NCBI GenBank assembly: GCA_000493965.1
Contig: AWNV01000001.1
Coordinates: forward strand, 41,167 to 105,166
DNA length: 64,000 nucleotides
From: Candidatus Aminicenans sakinawicola JGI OTU-1
GTDB lineage: Bacteria; Acidobacteriota; Aminicenantia; Aminicenantales; Aminicenantaceae
Direction: 5' to 3'
Under the pieces are notes generated by a model that was not told the origin of the DNA, made no database searches, and saw only the letters and a list, made by a program, of their open reading frames with translations. The position numbers were made by a program, and so were the translations under genes. This document shows, piece by piece, positions 58,649 to 64,000 of this stretch; within the stretch, counting starts at the first letter, position 1; every line of letters starts with the position of its first letter.

Positions 58649-60082
58649 TTATTCTCTACTGGATGATGTTTCCTTAAATAATGATGCGCCCCCCAATAAA
58701 TAAAGAATTGTAAAATATATTACTATACTAACAGCAATCATAATAAAAAAATTAATTAAAGAATTGAAATAAATTATAAAAAGTCCCATAGACAAGCCTG
58801 CAATTAAAGCTTTCAATGAAAATTTAGCTGAAGGTAATGTTAGACTTACTTTCTTAGCAAAGATAATAATTTGAAAAATTATCATAACAACCTGAGCGAT
58901 AACAGTTGCTAGAGAAGCTCCTAAGATACCTTGACTAGGTATAAGAAGAAAATTTAAAACTATATTAAATGCTGTGCCAATTCCTATTGAGATAGCCAAG
59001 GCTTTCTGTTGATGGCAAGCCACCAAAGAGTAACTATAATTAGCTGCTAATAATGCTATCATTGCACTCCAGATCAAAATCTGAAAAGCAACTTTACTAT
59101 CAGAAAATGCTGATCCAAACAGAATTACCATGATAGGACGACTGAGAATAGTGCCACCTATGGCCATGGGGATAGTAATTGCTATTGATATACCGAGAGT
59201 CTTTTTCAAAAGCTTACTAACCTCGAATGGCCTTTCTCGATAAAGCTTAGAAAATCTAGGGTAGGTAGCTTCCATTAATACGGTGCTAAGCGTTATTATT
59301 CCCATAATAACCCGATAGGCAGCATTATAAATTCCTACTTCTTTCTCTCCCCGATAGAAGCCGAGCATCAGAGTGTCTAAATTATAATAAATCTGCAGAA
59401 AAAAAAGTATAGTTATAGCAGGAATAGCACTACGAAGAAATTTCCAATTATCTTTTATCGATATATATAACTTAGGCAAGCCCCATTGGTGAATGTAATT
59501 CTTTAAGAGATATAGACTGAAAACCACATAACTTATGGTAAAAATGATAGGTATTATCAGTATCTGACTGGGGCTTTTAACGAGTAATATAATTAAGGCA
59601 AGATAAAGAGTAATTTGAATAAGATCGCTGACTGCGACAATCTTCATTTGTTCAACACCCCTAAAGACCCAAGCAAGGTTTAATCCTATAGGAATCAGAA
59701 CAAAACTAAACAAGATTAATATATTTTTTGTTGCTGTTGAGGTAGTGAAAAATGGTGCAAAAGTTAGCAGGATCATCATGGAAACAATAATGAGAACCAG
59801 TCGAATTGTAAGTATTTTGCCCACTATTTGATTCTTGTTTTTAGACGCCATTGCAATCTCTCTGGTACCAGATGCTTCTAAGCCACAATCAATGAAAAGA
59901 ATAAAATAGGCCAATACAGCTTGAGCAAGGGAAAGTTGGCCTAATCCAAGTGGACCAAGCATCCGTGCTAGATAAAGAGATGCGGTCAAACGCATGATTA
60001 TCTTTGCAACACTGCCAGCAAAAAGCCAGGAAAAATTACTAAATAACTTGGTTCTTATGGCGCGAATAATTATTCTCTTCAT
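58649..60082 (-). CDS. Wzx-type polysaccharide flippase (second MOP-family transporter)
   Basis: 477 aa, about 14 TM helices, typical polysaccharide_biosynthesis-protein profile. Confidence 0.7.
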   Translation of the reverse strand: MKRIIIRAIRTKLFSNFSWLFAGSVAKIIMRLTASLYLARMLGPLGLGQLSLAQAVLAYFILFIDCGLEASGTREIAMASKNKNQIVGKILTIRLVLIIVSMMILLTFAPFFTTSTATKNILILFSFVLIPIGLNLAWVFRGVEQMKIVAVSDLIQITLYLALIILLVKSPSQILIIPIIFTISYVVFSLYLLKNYIHQWGLPKLYISIKDNWKFLRSAIPAITILFFLQIYYNLDTLMLGFYRGEKEVGIYNAAYRVIMGIITLSTVLMEATYPRFSKLYRERPFEVSKLLKKTLGISIAITIPMAIGGTILSRPIMVILFGSAFSDSKVAFQILIWSAMIALLAANYSYSLVACHQQKALAISIGIGTAFNIVLNFLLIPSQGILGASLATVIAQVVMIIFQIIIFAKKVSLTLPSAKFSLKALIAGLSMGLFIIYFNSLINFFIMIAVSIVIYFTILYLLGGASLFKETSSSRE

Positions 60083-60500
60083 ATTTACGTATTCCGATTA
60101 ATCTGGTCACTGATTCCAAATTTATATGGCCACTTGTCGGAGCAAATCTATGCTGGGTTTTCATTATACCTTCTTGTGGCCTGAATAAGTCAAGGGAGAT
60201 TTGCATTTTCTCATCGATTCTCCTTTTCATTCCAGCCTATAGGCATTATGAATGACTCTATCCATTATAGGTTGTTGAAGCATGAGTTTCTCCTTATTGA
60301 TTTTATACAAGTCTTTATTTTTGATCCAAAAGGCAGGGAGCCTCATTTTTTCGGCTAACTTGGCCAATAGGTTTTTAATGGATAGAAACAGGAAAAATAT
60401 AAGAAAAAGTGGTAATATAAAAAAGCCTTCAATGCACCTTAAACAAGGCTATTTTTTTCAAACAATGGGAGAAGGCTCGGAACAAGGATTTTAAGTTGCT

Positions 60501-61670
60501 ATGAAAACTAATAAGAGGAGATATTCAATTTGTTTTTTTGGTACCTACGAAAGTTCATTCCCTCGTACGATTACCTTAAAAGAAGCAAGCCGACTAAAAA
60601 AATTTAAAATTATCGAATGCCATGTACCTTTTTGGGAACATGTTAGAGAAAAGACAGAATATTTTTCTTTAAAATCAATGATAAAAAATTTTTTTAAATT
60701 AATTTTCACATATACTTCATTAGTGATTCAATATATGAAATTAGAAAATCATGATGCTGTTATTGTTGGTTACAATGGTTACTTTGATATGCCGTTGGCT
60801 AAATTATTAACTAAGATTAGGAAAAAACCTTTGATTTTTACACCCGTGTTCCCTTTATATGAAACACTGGTAGAAGATAGAAAATATATAAATATTACTT
60901 CGATAAAATCTAAAATAATTCATCTTATTGATGAGACAAGCTGTCGTTTGGCAGATTTTATCATTATAGAAACAGATAGCTATATCAATTATTACTGTGA
61001 AGAATTCAAAATTCCCAGGGAAAAATATTTTAAAATACCTTTAGGAGCTGATGAAACAAATTTTTTCCCACGGAAGCATAAAATTCAAAAAAAAGACCCA
61101 AATATTCTAAAAATTTTATTTTATGGAAAATTCATACCGCTTCAAGGAATCTCTTATATAGTAAAAGCTGCCAAGCTTTTGGAGAAAGATAAAGAAGTCG
61201 AGTTTGAAATAATAGGTTCAGGTCAATTATCCAATAATATTAGAAATTTGGCTGATAAATTGGACATTAAAAATGTTAAATTCATAGACTGGGTAAATTA
61301 TAGTGAATTGCCTGAGCATATCCTGAATGCAGACGTTTGCTTGGGTATTTTTGGCGATAGCCCTAAAGCCCAAAGAGGGATTCCCATTAAAGTTTACGAA
61401 GCATTGGCTATGAAAAAGCCAGTAATAACAGGAGATACTCCTGCAGCAAGGGAAGTTTTTACAAATAAAGTTAATGCTGTTTTATGCGACATAGGCAATC
61501 CTGAAGCTCTTGCGGAATCTATTATTTTACTCAAAGAAAATAATGAATTAATAATGAATATAGCAGAAGCAGGATTTAAATTATATAAAGAACTTTTTTC
61601 ATCAAAACAAATAGCTGACCGATTTGAAATAGCTTTATATAAATGCCTTCATAAAATAAAAGGAAAATAA
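60501..61670 (+). CDS. Glycosyltransferase family 4
   Basis: ..RGIPIKVYEALAMKKPVITGDTPAAREVFTNKVNAVL.. Confidence 0.75.
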   Translation: MKTNKRRYSICFFGTYESSFPRTITLKEASRLKKFKIIECHVPFWEHVREKTEYFSLKSMIKNFFKLIFTYTSLVIQYMKLENHDAVIVGYNGYFDMPLAKLLTKIRKKPLIFTPVFPLYETLVEDRKYINITSIKSKIIHLIDETSCRLADFIIIETDSYINYYCEEFKIPREKYFKIPLGADETNFFPRKHKIQKKDPNILKILFYGKFIPLQGISYIVKAAKLLEKDKEVEFEIIGSGQLSNNIRNLADKLDIKNVKFIDWVNYSELPEHILNADVCLGIFGDSPKAQRGIPIKVYEALAMKKPVITGDTPAAREVFTNKVNAVLCDIGNPEALAESIILLKENNELIMNIAEAGFKLYKELFSSKQIADRFEIALYKCLHKIKGK

Positions 61671-61671
61671 G

Positions 61672-62538
61672 GTGCTAATTTCTGTAATAATTCCGGCCTA
61701 TAATGCAAAATCAACAATAATAAAAACACTTACATTCCTACATCAACAGGATTATAACGACGAAATAGAAATAATTGTGGTTAATAGTTCTCAGGATAAT
61801 ATAAAAGAAATTATCCAGAGTAAATTCCCTGCTGTAGATGTTATTCAATTAGAAAAAAGGGCATTTACAGGAGATGCTAAAAATGTTGGCCTGAAAAAAG
61901 CCAGAGGAAATATCATTGTATTTATAGACTCGGATTGTATTGCTGAAAAAAATTGGCTTTCTACAATAAAGAAACTGTATACACAAGGATATAAACTCGT
62001 TGGAGGCTCAATCGGGAATATGAATCCTGGAAATATAGTTAGCAAAGCAGAGTATTTTCTTGAATTGATTCAGCTTTCTCCTGGAAGTCGAGCAAGGTAT
62101 GTTTCACTCATCTCAACTGCCAATTGTTTTTTCGCAAGAGAGATATTTGATAAACATGGTAATTTCCCTACGATTCGTAAAGGAGTCGACATGCTTTTCT
62201 CCTATAATCTGATAGAAAAAAAGGAAAAGATACTATTTTTTCCTGAAATGAAAATTTATCATGCTTGCACTACAAATTTTTTGAAATACTTGAAGAAACA
62301 GGTATTACACGGAGAATATTCAATATTAGCTCGAAAAGAAGCTGGAATGCCCGGATCTTTTCTATCGAATAATTTAATTTTTATTCCATTTTTACCTTTC
62401 ATAAGGACTTTTTTTGTCTTAAAACATATTATATTATTAGATAATAACTTAATAAAAGACTTGTTCCAGAGCTTGCCAGTATTTTTAATTGGAACTTTGG
62501 CCTGGTCATTTGGATGTGCAAAAAGTATAGTAAAATAA
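61672..62538 (+). CDS. Glycosyltransferase family 2
   Basis: GTG start; LISVIIPAYNAKSTIIKTLTFLHQQDY..FIDSDC. Confidence 0.75.
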   Translation: MLISVIIPAYNAKSTIIKTLTFLHQQDYNDEIEIIVVNSSQDNIKEIIQSKFPAVDVIQLEKRAFTGDAKNVGLKKARGNIIVFIDSDCIAEKNWLSTIKKLYTQGYKLVGGSIGNMNPGNIVSKAEYFLELIQLSPGSRARYVSLISTANCFFAREIFDKHGNFPTIRKGVDMLFSYNLIEKKEKILFFPEMKIYHACTTNFLKYLKKQVLHGEYSILARKEAGMPGSFLSNNLIFIPFLPFIRTFFVLKHIILLDNNLIKDLFQSLPVFLIGTLAWSFGCAKSIVK

Positions 62539-62563
62539 AAAATATGCCTAAGGAATAATTCAA

Positions 62564-63316
62564 ATGAATAATTTTAAATCAAAGCAGGCAACAAGTATTC
62601 ATTTTGAACTTCAAGATGAGCACAAGTCTTCATTTGGAAAGTATAAGAATTTAACCATAGGGGAAAAAGGCATTTTTTTTCTTTTAAAATATGAGCTTAT
62701 TATTTCATTATTTGGGAACTTTCCTGGAGCTGCCGGATATTTTTTAAGAAGTAGATTTTATAATTCATTGTTAAAAAAGGTGGGAAAAGGAGTTATCTGG
62801 GGTAGGAGTGTTACATTAAGACATCCTCATAAAATTGAAATAGGAAGAGGTGTTGCTATTAATGATTTTGTTGTTCTTGATGCTTATGGAGGAAAAGAAA
62901 GCCATATCAAAATCGGAGATGAAAGCCTTATCAGTAGAAATGCGGTTTTAAACAGTAAAGGTGGCTCCATTGAAATTGGAAAGATGACAAACTTGGGAAT
63001 GATGAGTACAATATTTTCAAGAGATTGTAGGGTTCGTATTGGAAATAATGTATTAATCTCAGCTTACTGCTATTTCATGGGAGGGGGTAGTCATTCAATA
63101 GAACGGACCGATATCCCTATTTCCGAGCAGGGAGCTGAATGTAAGGGAATAGATATAGGTGATAATGTATGGTTCGGAGCAGGAGTGAAAGTTCTTGACG
63201 GATGTTCAATCGGAAGAGATAGTGTTATTGGAGCAAATTCCTTTGTTAATCACGACATCCCAGAATTTGCTATTGCAGCCGGTTCTCCTGCTAGAATTAT
63301 TAAAATGAGAAAATAA
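62564..63316 (+). CDS. Hexapeptide-repeat (left-handed beta-helix) O-/N-acetyltransferase
   Basis: ..IGDNVWFGAGVKVLDGCSIGRDSVIGANSFVNHDIPEFAIAAGSPARII.. Confidence 0.75.
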   Translation: MNNFKSKQATSIHFELQDEHKSSFGKYKNLTIGEKGIFFLLKYELIISLFGNFPGAAGYFLRSRFYNSLLKKVGKGVIWGRSVTLRHPHKIEIGRGVAINDFVVLDAYGGKESHIKIGDESLISRNAVLNSKGGSIEIGKMTNLGMMSTIFSRDCRVRIGNNVLISAYCYFMGGGSHSIERTDIPISEQGAECKGIDIGDNVWFGAGVKVLDGCSIGRDSVIGANSFVNHDIPEFAIAAGSPARIIKMRK

Positions 63317-63367
63317 ATTAAATCGGTAATGATTTTTTGAGTTTAAAATGGATAAAAAAACAGTTAA

Positions 63368-64000
63368 ATGATTAGTAAATTAAAAGAGATTTATAGATTT
63401 AAATACTTGGTTTATAGTCTTGTTTCAAGAGATTTGAAGGTAAAATATAAAGGTTCAATTTTAGGGTTTTTCTGGTCTTTGTTAAATCCATTAGTAATGT
63501 TGATTGTTTATACTGTAGCGTTTAAATATATAATCAGGATAAGAGTTGAAAATTTCCCTATTTTTTTCTTATGTGCTTTCTTGCCTTGGAGTTTCCTCAG
63601 CTCTTCGCTTTCTATGTCAGTAGGTTCGATCAAAGACAATGCGAATTTGGTAAAAAAAGTTTACTTTTCAAGAGAAGTCCTTCCTCTCTCAATAGTATTA
63701 TCTAATTTGGTTCAATTTCTACTGACCTTTATTATCCTTATTCCAGCCCTTCTGTTTTTCAAAATAAAGCTAGGTATTCCTCTCGCTGCCTTGCCGTTTA
63801 TCATCCTTTTTCAAACTGCCTTTACAATTGGATTATCATATATTGTTTCGTCCCTGAATGTCTTTTTTAGCGATGTAAAACATTTGCTGGAAATTTTTTT
63901 ACAGGTATGGTTTTGGTTAACACCCATTATTTATCCTGCCAACTTTGTTCCGGAAAGATTTCAATCATTATACAGATTGAACCCGGCCGTATTGTTTGTT
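63368..64000 (+). CDS. ABC-2 type polysaccharide-export permease (Wzm/TagG-like), 3' end truncated by the window
   Basis: MISKLKEIYRFKYLVYSLVSRDLKVKYKGSILGFFWSLLNPLVML, a classic ABC-2 N-terminus; no stop codon before the window end. Confidence 0.75.
   Translation, partial: MISKLKEIYRFKYLVYSLVSRDLKVKYKGSILGFFWSLLNPLVMLIVYTVAFKYIIRIRVENFPIFFLCAFLPWSFLSSSLSMSVGSIKDNANLVKKVYFSREVLPLSIVLSNLVQFLLTFIILIPALLFFKIKLGIPLAALPFIILFQTAFTIGLSYIVSSLNVFFSDVKHLLEIFLQVWFWLTPIIYPANFVPERFQSLYRLNPAVLFV

Noticed and set aside
60083-60500. Small ORFs 60039..60230(-) and 60282..60494(+) in the divergent intergenic region
   Set aside because: They have no ribosome-binding context and no conservation cues. The region is more likely a bidirectional promoter between the Wzx operon and the GT4 gene.
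1-64000. CRISPR arrays, tRNA or rRNA genes
   Set aside because: No regularly spaced short direct repeats were found. No cloverleaf-compatible 70-90-nt segments were found in any intergenic region inspected. No rRNA-like conserved stretches were found.

Overview
Low-GC (about 30-35% GC) giant glycan-biosynthesis locus. It is almost entirely forward-strand, tightly packed and often has overlapping start/stop codons. No rRNA, tRNA or CRISPR was seen. The first 654 nt are the 3' part of a B12-binding radical-SAM gene. An intact IS5/IS1182-like insertion sequence follows (19-bp terminal inverted repeats, DDE transposase on the minus strand) and marks the edge of the locus. The rest of the window encodes about 45 polysaccharide genes. 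There are at least 11 GT4 and 5 GT2 glycosyltransferases. There are three Wzy/O-antigen-ligase-like polymerases, two Wzx-type flippases, a WbaP-like priming phosphoglycosyl transferase and a UDP-GlcNAc 2-epimerase. A deoxy/amino-sugar tailoring block carries a zinc-ribbon C-methyltransferase, a DegT aminotransferase, an RmlC-like cupin and three SDR enzymes. Several GT-C-type membrane transferases (YfhO-like, ArnT/PMT-like) sit next to polyprenyl-phosphate GT2 synthases. Four paralogous UDP-galactopyranose-mutase-like flavoenzymes are present. A sugar-phosphate module (NDP-sugar pyrophosphorylase, Glf-like enzyme, HddA-like GHMP kinase, PfkA-family kinase, short transaldolase/FSA) is also present. 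The window further carries a PIG-L deacetylase, a hexapeptide acetyltransferase and a radical-SAM/SPASM-like protein. It ends in a truncated ABC-2 (Wzm-like) permease. An AbiEi/AbiEii toxin-antitoxin pair sits inside the glycan locus. Two gene blocks are bracketed by direct repeats that are duplicated gene-end or gene-start fragments, which looks like a cassette-shuffling footprint. A protein of unknown function has two tandem copies of a module (one TM helix plus a roughly 150-aa domain). It is translationally coupled to a PMT/ArnT-related membrane protein. This pair is the most novel-looking candidate system.
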